Assembly: GCA_021851875.1 (NCBI GenBank)
Contig: JAJZQI010000009.1
Location: forward strand, 40,038-104,037
Length of the DNA stretch: 64,000 nucleotides
Source: Pseudomonadota bacterium
Lineage (GTDB): Bacteria; Pseudomonadota; Gammaproteobacteria; Burkholderiales; JAJZQI01
Reading direction: 5' to 3'
Part shown: one piece after another, positions 41,808-51,356 of the stretch
How the letters are laid out: each line of letters begins with the position of its first letter
Position numbering within the stretch: position 1 is the stretch's first letter
Notes under the pieces: model-generated
Databases searched by the model: none
What the model was told of the DNA's origin: nothing
What the model saw: only the letters and a program-made list of their open reading frames with translations
Program-made: the position numbers and the translations under genes

Positions 41808-43250
41808 TTATAACAGGAACAGGGTTGCCAACCCCAGAAAAATAAAGAAACCGCCGCTGTCGGTCATGGCGGTGATCATGACGCTGGAACCGACGGCCGG
41901 ATCGCGGCCGATGCGATGCATCATGATGGGAATGCTGACGCCCATGAAGGCGGCCAGCATCAGGTTCAGAATCATGGCAGCGGTCATGACCGCGCCCAGC
42001 GCCGGATTGCCGTACAGGGTAAAGGCGATCAGGCCGATCATGCCCCCCCCCACCATGCCGTTGACCATGGCCACGCCCAGCTCCTTGAGCAGCAGCTTGC
42101 GGTAGTTGTTGCTGCCCTGCAGCTGGCCGGTCGCCAGGGCGCGCACGATCATGGTGATGGTCTGGTTGCCGGAATTGCCGCCGATGCCCGCGACGATGGG
42201 CATGAGCGCCGCCAGGGCGACCAGGTGGGCAATGGTGCCTTCAAACAGGCCGATCACCCGTGAGGCGATGAAGGCGGTGACCAGATTGATGGCCAGCCAG
42301 GACCAGCGGTTCTGCACGCTTCGCTTGATGGTGGCGAACAGATCCTCCTCTTCCCGCAGACCGGCCAGGTTCAGCATGTCGCTGGAAGATTCCTCGCGGA
42401 TGTAGTCCACCACTTCGTCAATGGTTACCCGGCCGATCAGCACGCCCTGCTTGTCCACCACCGGGGCGGTAATCAGGTCATAGCGCTCGAAGGCCTGGGC
42501 CGCATCGTGGGCTTCGTCTTCAGGCTGCAGCGACAACGGTTCGTCGATCATCACGGCCGCCACCGAGGCTTCCGGGTCGTGAATCAGCAGGCGTTTCAAA
42601 GGCAGCACGCCGATCATTTTGTCGTCGCGGTCAATCACAAACAGCTTGTCGGTCTGGTCCGGCAGTTCGCCCAGCCGGCGCAGGTAACGCAGGGTCACTT
42701 CCAGGCTGACGTCGCCGCGAATGGTGACGAAGTCGAAGTCCATAAGGGCGCCGACCGTATCCTCCGGGTACGACAGGGCCGATTGCAGGCGTGCGCGTTT
42801 TTGCGCATCGAGCGACTGCATCAGCTCCTGGATCACATCCTGCGGCAGGTCGGGGGCCAGGTCGGCGATTTCGTCGGTATCGAGGCTTTCGGCGGCGGCC
42901 AGCAGCTCCTCGCTGTCCATGCTGGCGATCAGCGATTCGCGGACGGCGTCTGACACTTCCAGCAGAATCTCGCCGTCCCGCTCGGCCTTGACCAGGTCCC
43001 ATACCTGCAACCGTTCGGGCAGCGGCAGGGATTCGAGAATATAGGCGACGTCGGCGGGGTGCAGCTCGTCCAGCTTGGTCTGCAAGGCGGCGACGTTCTG
43101 CTTGTGCACGAGGTTTTCCACCAGTTCGTGGCGCGGCATATCCTGTTTTTGTACCAGATTTTCGATCAGCTTCTGCTTGTGCAGCAGTTCGGTGACCTGC
43201 TGCAGGCTTTGCTTCACGTTTTCCTGTGTTTTATCTTCGAGATGATCCAT
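41808..43250 (-). CDS. mgtE: magnesium transporter MgtE
   Basis: MgtE N-domain, a CBS pair and a 5-TM C-terminal domain with IVAGIGGNSGNQ and DSGGFFIFLGLA. Confidence 0.92.
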   Translation of the reverse strand: MDHLEDKTQENVKQSLQQVTELLHKQKLIENLVQKQDMPRHELVENLVHKQNVAALQTKLDELHPADVAYILESLPLPERLQVWDLVKAERDGEILLEVSDAVRESLIASMDSEELLAAAESLDTDEIADLAPDLPQDVIQELMQSLDAQKRARLQSALSYPEDTVGALMDFDFVTIRGDVSLEVTLRYLRRLGELPDQTDKLFVIDRDDKMIGVLPLKRLLIHDPEASVAAVMIDEPLSLQPEDEAHDAAQAFERYDLITAPVVDKQGVLIGRVTIDEVVDYIREESSSDMLNLAGLREEEDLFATIKRSVQNRWSWLAINLVTAFIASRVIGLFEGTIAHLVALAALMPIVAGIGGNSGNQTITMIVRALATGQLQGSNNYRKLLLKELGVAMVNGMVGGGMIGLIAFTLYGNPALGAVMTAAMILNLMLAAFMGVSIPIMMHRIGRDPAVGSSVMITAMTDSGGFFIFLGLATLFLL

Positions 43251-43427
43251 GTGACCCGGCTGTTCCCCTGTTTGAGTCCGATAATGGGCTCAGAAGCCCG
43301 TCTCAGAGGCTTAGTTTGTCAATTTTAAGTGCCATTGCCGCCCGCGTCTAATGAATAAACGGCAAAACGGTAAAAGCCTTGAATTTGCAGGCTGTTGCAA
43401 CCGGCGTTGACATGCTAAACTATTTAC

Positions 43428-43862
43428 ATGAAAGACAAATTAATCTCTTGCTCGACGGGTTTTCCTGCGGTTTCGGCTGAAACGGTGGGCGAACTGCTGG
43501 AACGGAGCGGCGTCAAGCCGACCGCGCAGCGCTTGGCTATTGCCCGCGTGCTGGCCGGTGCTTGCTGCCACTGGTCGGCCGAGCAGGTGGGCGACGTCGT
43601 GGGGGCCGAAGTGTCGCGGGCGACGGTGTACAACACGCTGAATCTGTTTGTCGAGAAGGGCTTGCTGCGCGAAGTGGTCGTCAGCCAGGAAAAGGTTTTC
43701 TACGATACCAATACCGCGCTGCACCATCATTTTTACGGGGTGGATGACGGGCACCTGATGGATATTCCGTTGGAGCAGCTGCCGATCGCCGCTTTGCCGC
43801 CCCTGCCCGCAGGGGTCGTGCTCGATACCGTGGATGTGGTGGTGCGGGTGCGCAGGGGCTGA
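43428..43862 (+). CDS. Fur-family transcriptional regulator lacking CxxC (Irr-like)
   Basis: Winged-helix region RATVYNTLNLFVEKGLL. A HHH motif in FYDTNTALHHHFYGVDDGHLMDI occupies the position where Fur has HHHDHLICxxCG. No structural-Zn cysteine pairs are present. Confidence 0.7.
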   Translation: MKDKLISCSTGFPAVSAETVGELLERSGVKPTAQRLAIARVLAGACCHWSAEQVGDVVGAEVSRATVYNTLNLFVEKGLLREVVVSQEKVFYDTNTALHHHFYGVDDGHLMDIPLEQLPIAALPPLPAGVVLDTVDVVVRVRRG

Positions 43863-43907
43863 TTTGGCAGTAACGCGGTGAACAGTAAGCAGTACTACAC
43901 TTTTGCC

Positions 43908-43985
43908 CGCTCACCGCTCACCGCTCACCGCTCACCGCTCACCGCTCACCGCTCACCGCTCACCGCTCACCGCTCACCGCCTCAC
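43908..43985. repeat. heptanucleotide tandem array, 10x CGCTCAC + 1 degenerate unit
   Basis: Perfect period 7 from 43908 to 43977, then CGCCTCAC. The minus-strand GNAT ORF runs about 3.5 units into the array and stops at its in-frame TGA (43960-43962). Confidence 0.95.
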
Positions 43986-44445
43986 GCCGCATGTCGATAT
44001 GCGGAATACCGTCCTCATCGTACTCGTCCGATACGGCCACAAAGCCGAACGCTGTATAAAATTGTTGCAGGTGGCTTTGGGCGGAGAGATGCAGGGCCGT
44101 GTCGGGGAAGTGCTGCCGGCCGAATTCGACGGCTTGATCCAGCAGTTGCTTGCCGAGTCCCCGGTTGCGCCAATCCGGCTGGACGACGACGCGTCCGATA
44201 GCCGGTTTGGCCTGTTTGCCGCCGGGGAACAGCAGGCGCAGACAGGCGACCAGCCCAGGGTTTTGTGGATCGGTACTCCAGCCAAGCAGGTGCCAGGCCT
44301 CCGGGTCGAGTCCGTCGATGTCCGGGTACAGGCAGGTCTGTTCCAGTACAAACACCTTTTGCCGCAATTCAAGCAGGGCATACAGCGCATCGCGCCCCAG
44401 CGACTGCCAGTCGTGCCACTGCCAGACCACGCTCGGCGTGTTCAT
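43960..44445 (-). CDS. GNAT-family N-acetyltransferase (ElaA-like)
   Basis: LYALLELRQKVFVLEQTCLYPDIDGLD, plus the acetyl-CoA site RVVVQPDWRNRGLGKQLL. The C-terminal residues AVSGER are encoded by the heptamer array. Confidence 0.8.
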   Translation of the reverse strand: MNTPSVVWQWHDWQSLGRDALYALLELRQKVFVLEQTCLYPDIDGLDPEAWHLLGWSTDPQNPGLVACLRLLFPGGKQAKPAIGRVVVQPDWRNRGLGKQLLDQAVEFGRQHFPDTALHLSAQSHLQQFYTAFGFVAVSDEYDEDGIPHIDMRREAVSGER

Positions 44446-45131
44446 CGGGGAATCACCGCCTGGTTCATGCGGGCCTGGATAATGCCGGTTTTACGTATCA
44501 GCCAACGGTTGTTGCGGTGGTTGTCGTAGTAGCGCGGGTTGGGCACCATGGCGGCCAGGCGGGCTGCCTGGAACGCGCTCAGCTTGCCGGCGGAGGTGTG
44601 GTAGTAGTGGCGCGCTGCGGCTTCGGCGCCGAAGATCCCGTTGCCCCATTCGATCACATTCATGTAAATCTCCAGAATGCGCCGCTTGCTCATCATCTGT
44701 TCCAGCATGACGGTGATAACAGCCTCTTCCAGTTTGCGCCAGGGCGTGCGCTGCGACGAGAGAAACAGATTTTTCGCCAGCTGCTGGCTGATGGTCGATC
44801 CGCCCGCGACGAAGCGGCCCTGTTTCAGGTTCTTTTCGTAGGCGGTCTGGATGCCTTCCCAGTCAAACCCCTCATGCGACAGGAATTTGGCGTCTTCCGC
44901 CGCTACCAGCGCGCGCTTCAGGTTGCCGGAGATTTGCTCGTACGGCACCCATTGATGGCGCAGTTCCGCGTCCGGGTTGCTGTCTTGCATGATGTCGAGG
45001 CGCTCCTCCATGAAGGAGCTGGTCGACGGATTGTGGTCCACCCACCACCAGATATGGGCGAATATCCAGATCTGGTAAAGCAATACCAAAATAATGCAGC
45101 CGAGGATGCTGCGTTTAATCCATTTCCACAC
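44442..45131 (-). CDS. mtgA: monofunctional peptidoglycan glycosyltransferase
   Basis: An N-terminal TM segment and GT51 motifs AAEDAKFLSHEGFDWEGI and GGSTISQQLAKNLFL. Confidence 0.9.
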   Translation of the reverse strand: MWKWIKRSILGCIILVLLYQIWIFAHIWWWVDHNPSTSSFMEERLDIMQDSNPDAELRHQWVPYEQISGNLKRALVAAEDAKFLSHEGFDWEGIQTAYEKNLKQGRFVAGGSTISQQLAKNLFLSSQRTPWRKLEEAVITVMLEQMMSKRRILEIYMNVIEWGNGIFGAEAAARHYYHTSAGKLSAFQAARLAAMVPNPRYYDNHRNNRWLIRKTGIIQARMNQAVIPR

Positions 45132-45132
45132 C

Positions 45133-45954
45133 TTACAGGCTCCTCAGTTGTGCGATGACCGGCGCGGTGTCGGGACGCACGCCACGCCAGAGATAAAAGG
45201 ATTCGGCCGCCTGCTCGACCAGCATGCCCAGCCCGTCGGCCACACAGGCGGCGCCGTGCTGCGCGGCATGGCGCAGGAACAGGGTGGGTTCCTTGCCATA
45301 CATCATGTCGTACACCAGTCCCGTGCCGGCAAAAATCGATTCGGGCACGGGCGGCAGGTCGTTTTGCAGACTGCTGGAGGTGGCGTTGATGATCACGTCG
45401 AAAGGCCGGTCATCCAGTTCGCTGTAGTCGCAGGCCGTCACTTCGCCCCAGTGGCCGAATTGCCTGGCCAGGTCGTGGGCGCGGGCGGCGGTGCGGTTGA
45501 CGATGGTCAGCGATGCCGGACGGGCGGCCAGCAGCGGCATGATGACGCCGCGGGCCGCCCCGCCGGCACCGAGCAGCAGGATGCGTTGGCCTGTCAGCGG
45601 GTGGTCCAGGTTGATTTCGATATCGCGCAGCAGGCCGGCGCCATCGGTATTGTCGCCGTGGATGCCGTCGGTGCGGAAAATCAGCGTGTTGACCGCCTGC
45701 GCCAGCTTGGCGCGCTCGCTCAGGTGCACGGCCAGGTTGAAGGCTTCCTGCTTGAACGGCACCGTAACGTTGGCGCCCTTGCCGTTGTTGGCGCGCAGGT
45801 CGTCCACGGTTTGTACAAACCCGTCCAGCGGCGCGAGCAGGGCTTCGTAGGTGATGTCCTGGCCGGTCTGACGGGCAAAGGCGGCGTGGATGAGGGGGGA
45901 TTTGCTGTGGCCAATCGGGTTGCCGATAACGGCGTAACGGTCGCTCATGATCAA
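45133..45954 (-). CDS. aroE: shikimate dehydrogenase
   Basis: [24 protein letters not shown] and [10 protein letters not shown]. Confidence 0.9.
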   Translation of the reverse strand: MIMSDRYAVIGNPIGHSKSPLIHAAFARQTGQDITYEALLAPLDGFVQTVDDLRANNGKGANVTVPFKQEAFNLAVHLSERAKLAQAVNTLIFRTDGIHGDNTDGAGLLRDIEINLDHPLTGQRILLLGAGGAARGVIMPLLAARPASLTIVNRTAARAHDLARQFGHWGEVTACDYSELDDRPFDVIINATSSSLQNDLPPVPESIFAGTGLVYDMMYGKEPTLFLRHAAQHGAACVADGLGMLVEQAAESFYLWRGVRPDTAPVIAQLRSL

Positions 45955-45989
45955 TGGGATGAAATGTGACTGGCCGCTATTCTAGCGTG

Positions 45990-47180
45990 TCACACGGCAG
46001 GACTGAATAGCTCCGTAGGCCCGGCAATACGATTTTTCCCCGTGTTTTTGGCTGCATACATACGCTGGTCGGCGATTTCGATCAATTTGCGCCAATCGCC
46101 CGGGCTGTCCAGTGTACGTTCCGCCAGGCCGATGCTGGCCGTCATGGTGCGGCCGTCGGGCCGGTCGCCCAGTCCCTGTGTAAGGGCTCGTTCCAGTACT
46201 TTGGCCGCTTCCTTGCAATAGGTGCTGGGCAGGATGAGGACAAATTCCTCGCCGCCCCAACGCACCAGCATGTCGCCGGTGCGCAGAACGCTGCGCAGTT
46301 TTTGGGAGGCGTTCAGCAGCACGCGATCACCGGATTCATGGCCGAACGAGTCGTTAATCGATTTGAAGTTGTCCAGATCCACAAAGGCGATACTGAGAGG
46401 CGTGTTGCTGCGGGTTGCCAGAATGAATTGAATTTCCAGCAGTTCCTCGCCGCTCAAGCGCGAGAAGCATTGCGTCAGTGGGTCGCGTACCGCCTGACGT
46501 ACCAGGGCGATCATGAAGCCGAGCTGGCTGATGCCGCACAGGCAGGCGACCACTGCGATCATGGCGGCCAGCCAGGTGCTGCTGATCATCTGGCTGAGCG
46601 AAAACATGTGCCATTCGAGCAGGCCGGAGAGGAGCTCAATCAACACAACCGGCAAGGCGAAGACAATTGACTCGAGGGCGGTCAGCGGAAACATGCCCAG
46701 GCCGGCGATCATGATGATGGGCAGAAAGGCATAAATGCCGGCCAGCGTACTGGATAGACTGTCCAGTTGCACGTCCTGGATGACCCAGTAGGAAAAGATG
46801 AAGAATACGGTCGGGATGGCGTACAGCGCGGCCAGCGCCAGATAGGTGGCCGTAAGAGTCGGGGTACGCGTGAGACGAAACGCAATCAGGGCGAACGCGC
46901 CGCCGGCGGCAAGCCGTCCCGCCGCCAGCAGTCCCCAGTTGGGCCAAGGGAGGACAATCATGTCGATGAGAATCCAGGCGGTTGTCAGCACGGCAAACAG
47001 CAGTGCAACCAGCCTGACGCGCAGGAGAATGACTTCTGCCCGGCGGGAGGTGAGCAGGGGCATGTGCTTGGCCGGCCAGAACAGCCAGCCAAACTCTTCC
47101 TCGCTCCGCTGGCGCAGGAAAGGGCGGAGGATAAACGGTATGGTCTCGTCCGGCTGTGGGTTGTTGCGTGATATCGGCAT
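45990..47180 (-). CDS. membrane diguanylate cyclase (multi-TM sensor + GGDEF)
   Basis: About 6 predicted TM helices. The GGDEF domain has an intact RTGD I-site and a GGEEF active site (LVRWGGEEFVLIL). Confidence 0.85.
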   Translation of the reverse strand: MPISRNNPQPDETIPFILRPFLRQRSEEEFGWLFWPAKHMPLLTSRRAEVILLRVRLVALLFAVLTTAWILIDMIVLPWPNWGLLAAGRLAAGGAFALIAFRLTRTPTLTATYLALAALYAIPTVFFIFSYWVIQDVQLDSLSSTLAGIYAFLPIIMIAGLGMFPLTALESIVFALPVVLIELLSGLLEWHMFSLSQMISSTWLAAMIAVVACLCGISQLGFMIALVRQAVRDPLTQCFSRLSGEELLEIQFILATRSNTPLSIAFVDLDNFKSINDSFGHESGDRVLLNASQKLRSVLRTGDMLVRWGGEEFVLILPSTYCKEAAKVLERALTQGLGDRPDGRTMTASIGLAERTLDSPGDWRKLIEIADQRMYAAKNTGKNRIAGPTELFSPAV

Positions 47181-47296
47181 GTATGGGCGGTATTCTAATG
47201 TTGATTATTGCCGGTATAAACGGTTGATTTGCTGCCGGTTGCGTAAAAAAGACGTTGCAATGGCGGAGTTTATTCCGCCGTGGTGCTTTACTCGCC

Positions 47297-47752
47297 CTAT
47301 GCGTTTATCCAGGGCAGGCCCGCTGCTTTCCAGCCATTCAGCTCCCCACGGCGCGCGCTGAACTTGTTCTTTTCCCCCTCGAAGCCGTGCTGCACGTTGT
47401 AGACCTCGGTGAATCCGGCTGCCATGGCGGCAAGCGCTGCTTGATGGGAGCGCGAACCGGTACGGCAGATGAAGATGACCAGCGTTTCGGGGTCGACCTG
47501 TCTTTGCAGGGCGGGCAGGAAGTGGGGATTGTTCACCCAGTGCGGGTAGCTTTGCCATTCGATCTCGATGCAGTCGGGAATGCGCCCCACCAGGTCGCGT
47601 TCGGCGTGCGACCGGACATCGACCAAATGCGCCTGCGGGATGTGCTGGATGATGTAAAACGCTTCGGCCGGAGTCAGTAAGCCGCTATAGGACAAAAAAC
47701 TCTCATTCGCACGCTGTTGTGCACGTTGTAGAATTTGCGCAAATTCGCTCAT
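47297..47752 (-). CDS. rhodanese-domain sulfurtransferase
   Basis: Active-site loop ICRTGSRSHQAA. 151 aa, single domain. Confidence 0.8.
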   Translation of the reverse strand: MSEFAQILQRAQQRANESFLSYSGLLTPAEAFYIIQHIPQAHLVDVRSHAERDLVGRIPDCIEIEWQSYPHWVNNPHFLPALQRQVDPETLVIFICRTGSRSHQAALAAMAAGFTEVYNVQHGFEGEKNKFSARRGELNGWKAAGLPWINA

Positions 47753-47864
47753 TGTCCACTCCTTCTGCCGCGTAATATTATTTCTTCATTGCTTTTTTCC
47801 GGCTTCCGCCGTACTTGAACTATAGAATACAATCCGGTTTATTCCAGCAACAGGCGTTCGTCCC

Positions 47865-49067
47865 ATGTCCGCAAGTCACCATTCCCATTCGCATACGCGT
47901 GCTTCGTCGCAGGCCCATTCCGCCGCCTATCAGGCCGAATCGAAGCGGGTGACGCTGGTCAGCATCGCGGTCAATATCGGTTTGAGCATTCTGCAGGTGT
48001 TGATCGGCATCTGGAGCCGTTCGCAGGCGCTGGTCGCCGACGGTTTGCATACGCTGTCCGATCTGTTGTCCGATTTTCTGGTTCTGTGGGCCAGCCGCAA
48101 GGGGGCGGAGGCGGCCGACGCGGAGCATCCCTACGGGCATAAACGGATTGAAACCGCCGCAACGCTGTTTCTGGGGGGCGCGCTGATTGCGGTGGGGCTG
48201 GTGTTGCTATGGCGTGCCGCCGAACGTTTGCAGTCCGGCCAGGGCTTTGTGCGGGTGCATGAGATGGCCTTGTGGATCGCGCTCATCACGCTGGTGGCCA
48301 AGGAGTTGCTGTACCGTTATATGATCGCGGCGGCCAAGCGGCTGCGGTCCCAGTTGCTGGCCGCCAACGCCTGGCATACCCGTTCGGATGCGGCGGTTTC
48401 CCTGGTGGGTACGGTCGGCATTGCCGGCAATTTGCTGGGTTTCACCTTTATGGATTCGCTGGGTGCGGCGCTGGTCGCCTTCATGATTGTGCGCATCGGC
48501 TGGCAGCTTGGCTACCAGGCCTTGTCGGAGCTGATCGACACTTCGCTGGATGCCGAGGATGTCGAGGCGATCCGTCAGTCGCTGCTGCAAACGCCGGGAG
48601 TGCGGGGGGTGCACGAGCTGCGGACCCGGCGCATGGGCGACCAGGCGCTGGTTGATGCGCACGTGCTGGTGGACGCGCGCATTACCGTGTCCGAGGGGCA
48701 CTATATTGCCGAGTCGGCGCGGCGGCGTGTGCTGAAGGGACATGATGTGCTGGATGTGATGGTGCATATCGATCCGGAAGACGACTCGGAGGCGAGGCCG
48801 AGTGCCACGCTGCCGTCGATGGTCGAGGTGCGGCAAAGGGTGCTGGCGGCTGTGCCGGTGGGCTTGCCGGCACCGGAAAGGGTGGTGTTGCACTACTTGA
48901 ATGGCCGGGTGGAAGCCGAGGTGTTCCTGTCGGCCAGTTTCAGCGACAGTCAGCCGGATGGGGTGCAGCGGCTGCATGAGGCGCTGGAGCATCTGCTGAA
49001 AAATGATGCGACTTTTTCGCGCATTCAGTTGGTTGAGGTGTGTGAGCCAAAATGGTGCGCTCCGTGA
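47865..49067 (+). CDS. cation diffusion facilitator family transporter
   Basis: His-rich N-terminus (SHHSHSH), TM2 motif ALVADGLHTLSDLLSD and TM5 motif AWHTRSDA, plus a C-terminal cytoplasmic domain. Confidence 0.85.
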   Translation: MSASHHSHSHTRASSQAHSAAYQAESKRVTLVSIAVNIGLSILQVLIGIWSRSQALVADGLHTLSDLLSDFLVLWASRKGAEAADAEHPYGHKRIETAATLFLGGALIAVGLVLLWRAAERLQSGQGFVRVHEMALWIALITLVAKELLYRYMIAAAKRLRSQLLAANAWHTRSDAAVSLVGTVGIAGNLLGFTFMDSLGAALVAFMIVRIGWQLGYQALSELIDTSLDAEDVEAIRQSLLQTPGVRGVHELRTRRMGDQALVDAHVLVDARITVSEGHYIAESARRRVLKGHDVLDVMVHIDPEDDSEARPSATLPSMVEVRQRVLAAVPVGLPAPERVVLHYLNGRVEAEVFLSASFSDSQPDGVQRLHEALEHLLKNDATFSRIQLVEVCEPKWCAP

Positions 49068-49163
49068 GTGGTCTGCACCTGTTTTGTGCGTAGCTCTGGC
49101 GGCTTGGAAATTTTACGCAAACCAAACTAGCTATGGCACAATGAACGTTTGCATTTTGGTGCA

Positions 49164-49179
49164 TGGCATGGTTTGTGCT
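49164..49179 (+). promoter_or_regulatory. candidate sigma-54 promoter (glnAp2-like)
   Basis: TGGCAT-GGTTT-GTGCT has correct GG-N10-GC spacing and lies 125 nt upstream of the glnA ATG. A possible NtrC-like site TGCACC-N5-TGTGCG is at 49074-49090. Confidence 0.5.
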
Positions 49180-49303
49180 GACGGCAAGCTGAGGCCGTGC
49201 GCGGCCGGGCGGGCTCCGTTTTGTCCGGCAACAGCGATTTCCAAGTTCCGCGCTGGTTTTTTAACACACATTTAGTTTTGGTCCTGCTTTTAGGAGATAG
49301 CAA

Positions 49304-50713
49304 ATGGCGGCAGCCGACGTAATTAAGATGATCAAGGACAACGAACTGCGCTTCGTTGATCTGCGTTTTACCGATACCCGCGGCAAAGAGCAGCACGTGA
49401 CCATTCCGTCGCATGTTGTTGACGATGGCTGGTTTGAGACCGGTCACGCCTTCGACGGCTCGTCCATCGCCGGCTGGAAAGGTATTCAGGCTTCCGACAT
49501 GCTGCTGATGGCGGATGCTGACAGCGCTTTCATCGACCCGTTCTTCGACGAGCCGACCCTGGTAATGACCTGTGACGTGATCGAGCCGACCGACGGCAAG
49601 GGTTATGACCGTGATCCGCGTTCCATTGCCAAACGCGCCGAAGCTTACCTGAAGTCCACCGGTGTCGGTGATACCGCTTACTTCGGTCCGGAACCCGAAT
49701 TCTTCATTTTCGACTCCGTGACCTGGGGTACCGACATGTCCGGCACCTTCCTGAAGATCGAATCCGAAGAGGCAGCCTGGTCTTCCGCCGAAAAATACGA
49801 AGGCGGCAACACCGGTCACCGTCCGTCCGTTAAAGGCGGCTACTTCCCGGTTCCGCCGGTTGACTCCCTGCACGACATCCGTGGCGCCATGGTGATGGCG
49901 CTGGAAGAAATGGGTATTCCGGTCGAAGTGTTCCACCACGAAGTGGCTACCGCAGGTCAGTGCGAAATCGGTACCAAGTTCAGCACCCTGACCAAGCGTG
50001 CCGACTGGACCCAGCGTCTGAAGTACGTCGTGCACAATGTGGCGCACCAGTACGGCAAGACCGCCACCTTCATGCCCAAGCCGATCGTTGGCGACAACGG
50101 TTCCGGCATGCACGTACACCAGTCCATCTGGAAAGACGGCAAGAACCTGTTTGCGGGTAACGGCTATGCCGGCCTGTCCGAAACCGCCCTGTACTACATC
50201 GGCGGCGTGATCAAGCATGCCAAGGCGCTGAATGCCATTACCAACCCGTCTACCAACTCCTACAAGCGTCTGGTGCCGCACTTCGAAGCCCCGGTTAAGC
50301 TGGCTTATTCCGCCAAGAACCGTTCTGCTTCCATCCGCATCCCGCACGTAGCGAGCGATAAGGCCCGTCGTATCGAGACCCGCTTCCCGGATCCGATGGC
50401 TAACCCGTACATGTGTTTTGCCGCCCTGCTGATGGCCGGTCTGGATGGTATCCAGAACAAGATTCACCCGGGCGATGCGGCTGACAAGAACCTGTATGAT
50501 CTGCCGCCGGAAGAAGACAAGCTGATCCCGACCGTATGTGCCAGCCTGGAAGAGGCGTTGGCTGCACTGGAAGCCGATCACGAGTTCCTGACCCGCGGTG
50601 GTGTGTTCTCCGAAGACTTCATCCAGGCTTACATCGAGCTGAAGATGGAAGAGGTGACTCGCGTACGCATGACCACCCATCCGGTGGAATTCGCGATGTA
50701 CTACAGCCTGTAA
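49304..50713 (+). CDS. glnA: glutamine synthetase type I
   Basis: Motifs [31 protein letters not shown] and the adenylylation-site region [10 protein letters not shown]. Confidence 0.95.
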   Translation: MAAADVIKMIKDNELRFVDLRFTDTRGKEQHVTIPSHVVDDGWFETGHAFDGSSIAGWKGIQASDMLLMADADSAFIDPFFDEPTLVMTCDVIEPTDGKGYDRDPRSIAKRAEAYLKSTGVGDTAYFGPEPEFFIFDSVTWGTDMSGTFLKIESEEAAWSSAEKYEGGNTGHRPSVKGGYFPVPPVDSLHDIRGAMVMALEEMGIPVEVFHHEVATAGQCEIGTKFSTLTKRADWTQRLKYVVHNVAHQYGKTATFMPKPIVGDNGSGMHVHQSIWKDGKNLFAGNGYAGLSETALYYIGGVIKHAKALNAITNPSTNSYKRLVPHFEAPVKLAYSAKNRSASIRIPHVASDKARRIETRFPDPMANPYMCFAALLMAGLDGIQNKIHPGDAADKNLYDLPPEEDKLIPTVCASLEEALAALEADHEFLTRGGVFSEDFIQAYIELKMEEVTRVRMTTHPVEFAMYYSL

Positions 50714-50737
50714 ACGTAAAATCGTTTCCGGCGTTTA

Positions 50738-50770
50738 AAGGGACAGGGCTTTGCCCTGTCCCTTTTTTAT
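50738..50770 (+). terminator. rho-independent terminator after glnA
   Basis: GGGACAGGGC-TTT-GCCCTGTCCC followed by TTTTTT. Confidence 0.85.
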
Positions 50771-50820
50771 TGCGCGAAACGGCGTCATTGCCTACACTGG
50801 GGCACTGGGAGGAATACATT

Positions 50821-51288
50821 GTGGCGCGAATTAAGCATATTTACTGGGCGGGCTTGCTGCTGCCGATGGCGATTGGTGTGGCGCAGGCGGATATCTACAA
50901 GTACGTGGATGATAGCGGCCGCGTGACCTATACCAATATTCCCCGCAAGGGCGCGAAAAAACTCGACCTGGGGCCGACTACCGTGAATACGGTGCCGGCT
51001 GCGCGTCCCAAGGGGGCCTCCGCGCCGTCTGATTTTCCGCGGGTGAACGGGGAAGATCAGAAGAAACGCGATGATTTGCGCAAGAAGCTGTTGCAGGATG
51101 AACTGGCGACCGAACAACAGCGGCTGACCGATGCCAGGAAGAATTTGGAAGATGGCAAGGCTGTCCGGCTGGGTAATGAGCGCAATTACCAGAAGTACCT
51201 CGATCGTATTCAGGGTTTGCAGGATGAAGTGACTTTGCACGAGAAGAATGTGCAAGCCTTGCAAAAGGAGCTTGGCGGGCTAAACTAG
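50821..51288 (+). CDS. DUF4124-domain protein
   Basis: GTG 50821. A signal peptide then DIYKYVDDSGRVTYTNIPRKGAKKLD, with a coiled-coil C-terminus. The upstream part of ORF 50536..51288 overlaps glnA out of frame. Confidence 0.65.
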   Translation: MARIKHIYWAGLLLPMAIGVAQADIYKYVDDSGRVTYTNIPRKGAKKLDLGPTTVNTVPAARPKGASAPSDFPRVNGEDQKKRDDLRKKLLQDELATEQQRLTDARKNLEDGKAVRLGNERNYQKYLDRIQGLQDEVTLHEKNVQALQKELGGLN

Positions 51289-51356
51289 TGCGGGGCGGCG
51301 AGTAGCCGGAGTCTGGTGCGCCTTTCTGGCCTGTTTATTGCTTGCTTTTGCGGGCT

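Noticed and set aside
43251-43427. Possible Mg2+-sensing leader or riboswitch upstream of mgtE
   Set aside because: I could find only short hairpins (for example GGGCT-TCTG-AGCCC). There is no pattern I can match to the M-box or any other known leader from sequence alone. This would need an Rfam scan.
49074-49163. NtrC enhancer sites upstream of glnA
   Set aside because: TGCACC-N5-TGTGCG is only a partial match to TGCACC-N5-GGTGCA. The TGCA-N6-TGCA motif at 49152-49165 has the wrong spacing. These are mentioned under the sigma-54 promoter but not called as features.
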